From positions 27,888 through 68,377 of the forward strand of contig CAZHTA010000004.1 of the NCBI GenBank assembly GCA_964535515.1: a DNA stretch of 40,490 nt, written 5' to 3'. The notes beneath the pieces were generated by a model. That model worked only from the letters and a program-made list of their open reading frames with translations, was not told where the DNA came from and ran no database searches. This document shows, piece after piece, positions 9,415-16,840 of this stretch; position 1 is the first letter of the stretch, and every line of letters starts with the position of its first letter. The stretch is from an uncultured Gammaproteobacteria bacterium. GTDB lineage: Bacteria; Patescibacteriota; Patescibacteriia; Magasanikbacterales; GWA2-37-8. A program made the translations under genes and the position numbers.

Positions 9415-10890
9415 ATGCAAGATATTAATAGGTTGACTGAGAAAGATTGGTATTTTCAAGGGTTCAATGGTGTCCCAGCTCTTTTGTATGGTCCCGCTTG
9501 GTCTATGGCGCGTGATATGCCAAAATTTTTAGGTTTTGGCTATTCTGTTTGTGTTGAATATTTCACTAAGGATGTTTGTTATTATCTATATTCTTGGGAT
9601 GATTTATATAAAATTCATGATGAATTATTAAAACGTGTTAAACGCGACAAAAATTATTTGCGTTATTTATCAAAATCAGATGAATGTTTATGTAAAGAAG
9701 TGATTAAAGAATATAAAATTTTAGGTGGGAAAGATTGGTGCAGTGCTTCCATAAAAGAATTATTTTCGGGTTGGCGTAAAGCCAATGATTTATATGCGCA
9801 TCTTTTAGGGGTTTCGCATATTGTAGAAGGGTTTAGTTTAACCACAGAAGATCGAATTAGAGCTTTGATTAATGAAGTTTTTCCTAATGATTCCGGAGCT
9901 TTGTCGTTGCTCACTACTCCCAAGACGCATTCTTTTATGTCTATTGAGCACTATGAGTTATGTTTAATAGCTCATGGTGTTAAACGTATTAAATTGGGTA
10001 AGTGTACTGTTGAAAATATTTTGGTTAATAAGGTGATAAATAAAAAAATATGTCTTCATCAGGAGAAATATTATTGGAAATTAAATGGTTATACGTCGGC
10101 TAAGTTTCTAGACGACAAGTATTTTGCCAAAGAAATATGTGGTTTGTTAAACAAGAAAGTTAATTTTGAAAAATTTATTCATGATTTTGAAAATTTGTCC
10201 AAAAGATTAGATGGAAAAAAGAAACTTCTTAAAAAAGTGAAAAATCAAGAATTACTTGATTTATTAAAAATTTCTGATGCGTTGTTTGTGATCCACGATC
10301 GTCGTAAAGAGCATATGACGCAATCAATTACTTATTTGGAATTAATTTTAAGTGAGATTGCTAAGCGATTTAAAATACCTTTATCTGATTTGCACTATAT
10401 TCGTCCGTCAGAGTTAGAAAAGTTACCTAAGATTTGGTCGGAGTTAAAAAAGAGGAAAGAACATAGCATATACATTTTATATCCAGAAGGAGAGATGCCA
10501 GTATTAACTGGTTTAAAAGCAAAAAAATATTTTGAAAAAATTGAAAAGAATAAAAAATTAGATAAGATTTCGGAGATTAAAGGGAATGGTGCGTCGCCAG
10601 GAAAAGTAAGAGGCGTAGTTAAGGTGTGCCGCGGTGAAAAAGAATTAGGTAAAATGAAAGAAGGAGATATTCTCGTGGCGTGTATGACACAGCCTGAATT
10701 TTTACCGGCTTTGAGAAAAGCTAAGGCCGTCATTACTGATGAGGGTGGTTTGACTTGTCATGCTGCGATAGTGGCAAGGGAGTTAGGAATTCCTTGTGTG
10801 ATTGGAACAAAAGTAGCTACTAAAGTTTTAAAAGATGGTGATATGGTAGAAGTTGATGCGGATAATGGTATAATTAGGAGAATAAAATAG
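9415..10890 (+). CDS. Swivel-domain paralog 3
   Basis: GDILVACMTQPEFLPALRKAKAVITDEGGLTCHAAIVARELGIPCVIGT. N-terminal motif HQEKYYWKLNGYT. Confidence 0.85.
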   Translation: MQDINRLTEKDWYFQGFNGVPALLYGPAWSMARDMPKFLGFGYSVCVEYFTKDVCYYLYSWDDLYKIHDELLKRVKRDKNYLRYLSKSDECLCKEVIKEYKILGGKDWCSASIKELFSGWRKANDLYAHLLGVSHIVEGFSLTTEDRIRALINEVFPNDSGALSLLTTPKTHSFMSIEHYELCLIAHGVKRIKLGKCTVENILVNKVINKKICLHQEKYYWKLNGYTSAKFLDDKYFAKEICGLLNKKVNFEKFIHDFENLSKRLDGKKKLLKKVKNQELLDLLKISDALFVIHDRRKEHMTQSITYLELILSEIAKRFKIPLSDLHYIRPSELEKLPKIWSELKKRKEHSIYILYPEGEMPVLTGLKAKKYFEKIEKNKKLDKISEIKGNGASPGKVRGVVKVCRGEKELGKMKEGDILVACMTQPEFLPALRKAKAVITDEGGLTCHAAIVARELGIPCVIGTKVATKVLKDGDMVEVDADNGIIRRIK

Positions 10891-10892
10891 TT

Positions 10893-10926
10893 CTTTAAAA
10901 CACAAGCACCCGACCGAAGTCGAGTG
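10893..10926 (-). terminator. Intrinsic terminator of the island gene
   Basis: The minus strand reads CACTCGAC-TTCG-GTCGGGTG followed by CTTGTGTTTT. It starts 35 nt after the stop codon. Confidence 0.6.
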
Positions 10927-10960
10927 CGTTGTGCACGTTGTTGGGGCCTGCTCCAATGAG

Positions 10961-11452
10961 CTAGGCCAGTCGCGTCGCGGTACCGTCGCCGAGGTGGAGC
11001 TCGTACACGGCGCTGCTCGCAGCCTCGAGCTTGAGGCTCTCGAGCACCGGACGTCCGGCCACGAGGACGACGTCCGGGCTGCCCTCGGCGAGGATCAGCA
11101 TGCCGTACGTTTCCCGCAGGTGCATGAGCGTGGCTTCGCGGGACGGCATTCGGAACCGGTCCAACGTCGTCTGCGCGTTGCAGGCGAGCGCGATGTTCCA
11201 CCCTCCGTTGCCGTTGGGGACGCCCGAGCTGGGGTCACCCAGCATGGGATCGTACCACTCGATCTCCTGGAAGATGTCCAGCGCCTCGGCCGTGTCGATG
11301 TGACGCCGGGCGGTCCCGCAGAAGACTCGACGCTTGTCGGGGAGGGGCAGGTGCGGTACGAGCCGTTCGATCTCGCTTCTTCCTTTGCTCGTGAGACCGG
11401 GGTCCGCACCGGGACCCTTCGAACCGTGGGTGATCAATAGGACTCGCGCCAT
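10961..11452 (-). CDS. SixA/PGAM-like histidine-phosphatase-fold protein (163 aa) with degenerate catalytic motifs; high GC3
   Basis: MARVLLITHGSKGPGADPGLTSKGRSEIERL...RRVFCGTARRHIDTAEAL follows the RHG...LTxxGRxQ...SPxxRAxxTA pattern. It has THG in place of RHG and VLVAGRPV in place of the distal SH motif. AGGAGAA lies 6 nt upstream of the ATG at 11452. The 198-aa track ORF is an upstream extension. Confidence 0.6.
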   Translation of the reverse strand: MARVLLITHGSKGPGADPGLTSKGRSEIERLVPHLPLPDKRRVFCGTARRHIDTAEALDIFQEIEWYDPMLGDPSSGVPNGNGGWNIALACNAQTTLDRFRMPSREATLMHLRETYGMLILAEGSPDVVLVAGRPVLESLKLEAASSAVYELHLGDGTATRLA

Positions 11453-11473
11453 CTCTCGTTCTCCTATGGTTGT

Positions 11474-11488
11474 GCGACACGCTGTCGC
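11474..11488. promoter_or_regulatory. Inverted repeat GCGACA-CGC-TGTCGC in the 5' region of the island gene (operator or hairpin candidate)
   Basis: Perfect 6-bp arms with a 3-nt spacer, about 20 nt upstream of the SD on the minus strand. Confidence 0.3.
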
Positions 11489-11605
11489 TTGGTCCCAAAT
11501 AAACGTGCAGTTTGTTTCAGATAGTGCTCGGATTTGGTTAAATCCAGGCAAAATCATGGTACCAAACGTTTCAGTATAGTATATTTTCGCTGTTTTGTCA
11601 ATATT

Positions 11606-13087
11606 ATGTACAAATCACCTCAATTTAAATCAAATAAACTAGAACTTACGGTTAGTCGTCCGTATGTTCCTTTGTGTGCTAACTATTTTTTCCAAAGCTA
11701 CAGTAATCCAGAATATTTTAAGAAGTTTTATAAAATTAACTTTTTTACTCGTTTATTAGCAATTAATGCGGATTTTTATTATGGCCTAGAAGCAAAAGAT
11801 TTTGGCTATGTTCTTTTTGGACAAGCGGCAAAGTATGGTAGTCATAGTAAAATTAAAAAGAAAAATCTTAAGGGTATTTTGCACATTTTTGATCGGACCT
11901 ATAAATTTGGTGATTCGTTATTGGAATTTACTTTGCAAGTTAAGAAAACAGATTTTTCTGAATATTCAAAGAAGCAATTATTAGAGGTGTTTGGAAAATT
12001 TTCGAAAGATTATGTTGTTTTTTGTACTGCTTTATTGGGTATGAATATGCAGTATGTTGTCGAAGATGGTTTGCGTGAGTTTCTACGAAGTGATAAAAAC
12101 GCAGAAGAGGAGCTTGCGATTTTGACTTTTCCTGATAAACAAAATGTTCTTGTTCAAGAACTAATGGACTTATTGCGTTTACGAATTAAATTAGAAAAAG
12201 TTGGTGTTAAGAATTTGGAAAAATGTAAGACCAAGGAGCTTGGCTTACTAAAGAAGCATGTTGATAAGTACGGTTGGATCAATGCTCGTGGTGCCATTAA
12301 TGAAGGATGGACGGTAAAAGAGGTTTTTGATCGGGCGATGGCAGAAAAGAATTGTGCTAAACGTTTGGTTGAGATAGTTAAGAATCAAAAAGAGCATCAA
12401 AAACAAGTTCGAGATATATTTAAAACAAAAAAACCTAATGCGGAAATTAGGGATTTAATAAAAATCGCCAAAGAGCTGGTATATTTTCGCACCTACCGTA
12501 CAGATTATCTTAATTGGATGTTTTTTAATATTCGTCCTTTATTAAATGCGTTGGCAGGTAAGATGGGTATTAGTTTTGAGGATATTATATATTATCTACC
12601 AAAAGAAATCATGACTAAGAAAAAAGTGTCTGAAAAAGAGGTTGTTCGTCGCAAGGAAGGTTACGCGATATTGTTAGCTAAACCTTATGAGGTATTATTC
12701 TCCTCTGATCCTAAGAAAATATTGGAATGGAAAAAGAAACATACTGAGGTATTAGGTGGCAATGTTACGGAAGTTAAGGGTATGTCTGCATACAAAGGTA
12801 TTGTTCGTGGTAAGGCTGTGTTGGTATTGAAAAAGGCTGATATGGTAAAGGTTAAGTCGGGGGATGTTTTAATCACTTTTATGACTACGCCAGATATGGT
12901 ATCGGTTATGCAGAAAGCAATAGCGTTTGTTACTGATGAGGGTGGTATTACATGCCATGCGGCGATTGTAGCACGGGAGATGAAGAGACCGTGTGTAACA
13001 GGGACCAAAATTGCTACTAAGGTTTTTAAAGATGGCGATGAAGTAGAAGTGGATGCGAATACTGGTGTAGTGAAAATTATTAAATAA
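11606..13087 (+). CDS. Swivel-domain paralog 4 (ATG 11606 preferred over the TTG 11534 of the track)
   Basis: GDVLITFMTTPDMVSVMQKAIAFVTDEGGITCHAAIVAREMKRPCVTGT. N-terminal motif KHVDKYGWINARGA. The 5' extension of the track ORF runs into island/intergenic sequence. Confidence 0.85.
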   Translation: MYKSPQFKSNKLELTVSRPYVPLCANYFFQSYSNPEYFKKFYKINFFTRLLAINADFYYGLEAKDFGYVLFGQAAKYGSHSKIKKKNLKGILHIFDRTYKFGDSLLEFTLQVKKTDFSEYSKKQLLEVFGKFSKDYVVFCTALLGMNMQYVVEDGLREFLRSDKNAEEELAILTFPDKQNVLVQELMDLLRLRIKLEKVGVKNLEKCKTKELGLLKKHVDKYGWINARGAINEGWTVKEVFDRAMAEKNCAKRLVEIVKNQKEHQKQVRDIFKTKKPNAEIRDLIKIAKELVYFRTYRTDYLNWMFFNIRPLLNALAGKMGISFEDIIYYLPKEIMTKKKVSEKEVVRRKEGYAILLAKPYEVLFSSDPKKILEWKKKHTEVLGGNVTEVKGMSAYKGIVRGKAVLVLKKADMVKVKSGDVLITFMTTPDMVSVMQKAIAFVTDEGGITCHAAIVAREMKRPCVTGTKIATKVFKDGDEVEVDANTGVVKIIK

Positions 13088-13117
13088 TTTGTTTATATAT
13101 TTTTAACTTATAAAAAT

Positions 13118-14200
13118 ATGGAAAGAGGACCAAGTTTAAGGCCAGAGGATATGCTAGTTGGCAATGATGGGGTGGATCAGAAAGCGCGAGGTGTAATTGA
13201 ATCACGTGATAGCGCCGTAGCTCATAATATTGAGCGTGGGGAAGGCTTATCATCTTCGCGTGTTGTTTTGGAGTTTATGCGTCATGGTAAAAAAGAAAAA
13301 GCGCCAGGCAAAGATGATCGTGATATACGCATTGTTCCGGAAGCGCGTGTGGCAGCAACGGAAAAAGGTAAAAAATTAGGAGCGCAAGCTGAGGTGTCGG
13401 TTGTTTATGCTAGTCCGCGTAACCGTACTCAGGAATCTGCTGGCCGAGTTGCTTTGGGTAATCAATCAGAAATTACTGCGGATATGAGCTTAGAGGATAT
13501 TATGGTTAAAACAATGGAGCATAATGCTATTTTAATGCCTGATCAGTTAGAACGTTTGCGCGAGCTGTTGTCTCATCCAATGGAAGAATTAAATGCTGAA
13601 GAAAAGAAGGAGCTAAAACTTTTGTCGAGTAAAGGTAAAAAAATCATGGTTGATGAACGTTTGGATTTTACTGATGAAACAGAGGAGGGTCTAAAAGCTT
13701 TTATGGCTGGTCGTTATTTAGATCATGCTGTAAAGGATAGTGATCAGTTGGCAATTGCAAAGCATGATACTAAATTATCTACCTATACTCGTTCGGCTGG
13801 TAAGATCGCGGAGATTGTTTCTAAATATATTCAGGTGGGTAAAAATTTTAACAAAAGAGTAAGTGTTGATCCAGAGAAATATAAAAAATTCGGTAATCAA
13901 TTAGAAAGATATTTTGGTTCACACCAAGGTGTTGTAGAATGTTTTTTGTTGAAAGCAATCGAGAAAATAAAAGGTGTAAAAGAGCGTGATGAGATTTTGG
14001 CTTTGATGCCAGCAGGTTTTAAAGAGTTACAAGGTGTAAGGATTGGCATTGAGAACAATGGCAAAGGAGAACAGGTGATTGTTTTAGATGCCGAAGTTGA
14101 AGGAAGAAAGATTAATTTAGAATTAACCCCAGAGATTTTAATGGGTATGGTTAGTGATAGAGATGTGCTGGATGAACAATGTAAGAGTAGTGTGGAGTAA
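13118..14200 (+). CDS. Histidine phosphatase superfamily (PGAM-like) protein with a large internal insertion
   Basis: LEFMRHGKK (RHG), VVYASPRNRTQESA and the distal YFGSHQGVVE (SH motif). About 150 extra residues lie between the two half-sites. Native low GC. Confidence 0.7.
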   Translation: MERGPSLRPEDMLVGNDGVDQKARGVIESRDSAVAHNIERGEGLSSSRVVLEFMRHGKKEKAPGKDDRDIRIVPEARVAATEKGKKLGAQAEVSVVYASPRNRTQESAGRVALGNQSEITADMSLEDIMVKTMEHNAILMPDQLERLRELLSHPMEELNAEEKKELKLLSSKGKKIMVDERLDFTDETEEGLKAFMAGRYLDHAVKDSDQLAIAKHDTKLSTYTRSAGKIAEIVSKYIQVGKNFNKRVSVDPEKYKKFGNQLERYFGSHQGVVECFLLKAIEKIKGVKERDEILALMPAGFKELQGVRIGIENNGKGEQVIVLDAEVEGRKINLELTPEILMGMVSDRDVLDEQCKSSVE

Positions 14201-14210
14201 TATTGTTGTT

Positions 14211-15281
14211 ATGTCTATCGTTCCTGATAAATTTTTAAAAGGAGAGTGTTGGCTGAAAGATTGGGCGGGTCAGTGGGATCTTTTTATTTGTTTTTATTCA
14301 GGAGAAGATTATACCACCTTACTTAAAAAGTGGTTGGGTATTAATTTTGATAAATGTCTTTTTATTTATCACGATGGGTTTGTGGAGTGTTATTTAAATA
14401 AAAGATGTTTAGATATTTTGGGTAGAGAGATTAACGCGAGGGTTAAAGAGGATGTTTTGTGGATTGATAGGAATTGTAAAGATCTTAAAAAGAATACACA
14501 AATTTTCCTAAAATATTTTGCTGAGCATAAAAACGATTTGGTTGCGGAAGAGACATTGAAGAAGTTTTTGCAGTTGGTTAGCAATTGTTTTGCTGCGTAT
14601 ATTTCTAATAAATTAGCATTTGATTATTTGTCAGCAGATATATTAAAGAAAAAATGGAATGTGATGGAATCGGCACGTGTATACTCAGAATCGGTTTATA
14701 CGGCGTGTATAGAGTTTGTTCACAATTGGGGTAAACAAATGGCGAAAAAAGTTAAGATACCAAAGGATCTCTTTCTTTGTTGTTCGTTAAATGAAATTGA
14801 AACTTATTATCGATCGGGTAGATTACCAAGTGTTAGCGAGTTAAAGCGACGGTATTCGTTTAATGTGATACTTTCACAGAATGGTCAGAGTTTTTTATTG
14901 ACTGGCTCAGAGGCTAAGGCTGTTGAGAAAAAGATTATTAGTTCATTTGGCGACAGTAAAACCATTAAAGGCACCTGTGCCTATCCGGGGAAAGTAACGG
15001 GGCGGGTTAGAATTGTTTTTGATCCTAAAAAGATAAAAGATTTTAAAGATGGGGATATCTTGGTAACACCGATGACGCGACCGGAGTATCTTTCTCTAGT
15101 TAAAAAATCCGCTGGTTTTATTACTGATGCTGGCGGTATGCTTTCTCACGCCGCTATTACAGCGCGCGAGTTAAAGAAGCCGTGCGTGGTAGGTACCCAA
15201 GTGGCTACGCGTTTGTTAAAAAATGGAGATGAGGTGGAAGTGGATGCCAACAAAGGGATAGTTAATGTGATTAAAAGATAA
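14211..15281 (+). CDS. Swivel-domain paralog 5 (short, 356 aa; ATG 14211 preferred)
   Basis: GDILVTPMTRPEYLSLVKKSAGFITDAGGMLSHAAITARELKKPCVVGT. Confidence 0.85.
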   Translation: MSIVPDKFLKGECWLKDWAGQWDLFICFYSGEDYTTLLKKWLGINFDKCLFIYHDGFVECYLNKRCLDILGREINARVKEDVLWIDRNCKDLKKNTQIFLKYFAEHKNDLVAEETLKKFLQLVSNCFAAYISNKLAFDYLSADILKKKWNVMESARVYSESVYTACIEFVHNWGKQMAKKVKIPKDLFLCCSLNEIETYYRSGRLPSVSELKRRYSFNVILSQNGQSFLLTGSEAKAVEKKIISSFGDSKTIKGTCAYPGKVTGRVRIVFDPKKIKDFKDGDILVTPMTRPEYLSLVKKSAGFITDAGGMLSHAAITARELKKPCVVGTQVATRLLKNGDEVEVDANKGIVNVIKR

Positions 15282-15288
15282 TGATTTT

Positions 15289-16839
15289 ATGAAGGTGCTA
15301 AAAACTTTTCCTTTGGCTTTGACCAAAAAAACTGCTAGTCAGTTTAATAAGGCGTTTCATGCCAAGTTATTTACTTTGTTTGCTTCTTCGATGAGTGAAC
15401 TAATGCAGTTGGCTAAGGATTTTCCTGTGCATTATAAACATTGTTTGTGTTTTATTAAAGATGATTTAGGCCAGTGGTTTTTGGGCGCAGATAGCATCGA
15501 AAGAGTTAGGCGGTATATCATAAAAAAAGCTGATGAGGATTTTTCTCAGATAAATAAATATTATTTACGTTGGCAGAAAGACTGGGGTAAGTTTTTAATA
15601 TTAAACAGAAAATTAATTAGTTCAGATTTTAGTTCTTTGACTGACAAGCGGTTGTATAAAGTTTTTGATGAGTTTTATGATCTATATTTAAAAGTAGGTG
15701 GTGTGGCATATATTAGTGATGCCTTTATGTCCTCTGGGGAAAAAGATTGGCTGCAAGAGGTTATAAACCAAGAATTAAAACGCATTTATAAAGATATTGA
15801 AAAAGTAAAAAGGGTGGCGGCGGATTTGATTTCGCCAGTTCATCTTTCTTTTGTTTTGGAAGAAGAACTTGAATTATTAAAACTAGCTCCGGCGTTTATT
15901 AATCTTACTGGTAAATTGGTGGGTTTTAATAAGTTGTCCGCTAAACAACTAGCGCAGCTGGAACGTCATGCTGACAAATATTATTGGATGAATAATAACT
16001 ACTATAACGTAGAATTTTACGATGCATTTTCAGTATATACACATCTGGTCAATCTTTTAGATGGTTTGCAACAAGAAAAACGTAGCCTTAGTGATTTTTT
16101 GGCGGAGAGACAGCGCGAATTAAAGGAAAATAAAACGAGGCGTGAGGGGTTGATTAGTGATATTAAGCTACCAAAAAAGATTAAGAGCTTAATTCGGGTA
16201 GCTAATTTGTTTAGCAAGTGGAAAGACGTTCGGAAAAGTGGTGTGTATCGTGGCATGGCAATTTTTGATAAATTTTTGGGCGAGATAGCAATGCGTACTG
16301 GTTATACAAAAAAGGAAATTACTTTTTTAGTTTTTCCGGAGTTCAAGGATTTATTGTTAAATAGAAAAGATTTTCGGTTGGTTATAAAAGATCGTCAAAA
16401 GCAAATATTTTTTGTGGTGCGTCCGCACGACTATCTTTTGGTTAGCGGTCAAAAGGCGGATAAATATTTTGCTTGTTTGTCCGAAGGACTCAATGCTGAG
16501 ATGAAAGAATTCAAAGGAGCAGTGGCCTCCAAAGGAATCGCGCGCGGGGTGGTGCGGATGATAAGGAAAACAGAAGAGATGAAAGACTTTAAAAAAGGTG
16601 AAATTTTAGTTACCAACAATACTACACCAGAGTTTGTTCCAATCATGAAAAAGGCCGCAGCGATCATTACTGAACAAGGTGGTATAACCTCACATGCTGC
16701 TGTAGTTTCGCGTGAATTGCGTAAGCCGTGTATTATTGGTGTTAAAGGTATTACAACCATTTTAAAAACAGGGGTAGAGGTTGAAGTAGATGCTAATCAT
16801 GGTATAATTAAGATTATTAATAAAAGTTTAAAGAAATAA
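15289..16839 (+). CDS. Swivel-domain paralog 6
   Basis: GEILVTNNTTPEFVPIMKKAAAIITEQGGITSHAAVVSRELRKPCIIGV. N-terminal motif RHADKYYWMNNNYY. Confidence 0.85.
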   Translation: MKVLKTFPLALTKKTASQFNKAFHAKLFTLFASSMSELMQLAKDFPVHYKHCLCFIKDDLGQWFLGADSIERVRRYIIKKADEDFSQINKYYLRWQKDWGKFLILNRKLISSDFSSLTDKRLYKVFDEFYDLYLKVGGVAYISDAFMSSGEKDWLQEVINQELKRIYKDIEKVKRVAADLISPVHLSFVLEEELELLKLAPAFINLTGKLVGFNKLSAKQLAQLERHADKYYWMNNNYYNVEFYDAFSVYTHLVNLLDGLQQEKRSLSDFLAERQRELKENKTRREGLISDIKLPKKIKSLIRVANLFSKWKDVRKSGVYRGMAIFDKFLGEIAMRTGYTKKEITFLVFPEFKDLLLNRKDFRLVIKDRQKQIFFVVRPHDYLLVSGQKADKYFACLSEGLNAEMKEFKGAVASKGIARGVVRMIRKTEEMKDFKKGEILVTNNTTPEFVPIMKKAAAIITEQGGITSHAAVVSRELRKPCIIGVKGITTILKTGVEVEVDANHGIIKIINKSLKK

Positions 16840-16840
16840 T

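Larger units (their letters stand above)
10891..11535. other. High-GC compositional island 1 (foreign-looking insert in the operon)
   Basis: 44/60 G+C counted at 11041-11100, versus 21/60 at 7021-7080. All six frames are open, as expected for high-GC DNA. Confidence 0.85.

Noticed and set aside
10881-11503. Target-site duplication for island 1 (AATAAA at 10881-10886 and 11498-11503).
   Set aside because: A 6-mer of this composition is expected by chance many times in AT-rich DNA. No longer flanking repeat was found.
10758-11579. Six overlapping ORFs in several frames across island 1 (10758-11201 -, 10931-11440 +, 11031-11303 +, 11095-11409 -, 11235-11498 -, 11334-11579 +), plus the N-terminal extension of 10961-11557.
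   Set aside because: High-GC DNA is poor in stop codons, so long open frames arise by chance. Their translations are Arg/Ala/Pro/Gly-rich and shadow-like. Only the minus frame from ATG 11452 has G/C-biased third positions, an SD and a recognisable fold pattern.
6519-16839. Annotating the swivel-domain paralogs as 'phosphoenolpyruvate synthase / pyruvate, water dikinase'.
   Set aside because: Only the roughly 100-aa His domain matches PpsA. Each protein lacks both the ATP-grasp domain and the PEP/pyruvate TIM-barrel domain, so the PpsA reaction cannot be inferred.
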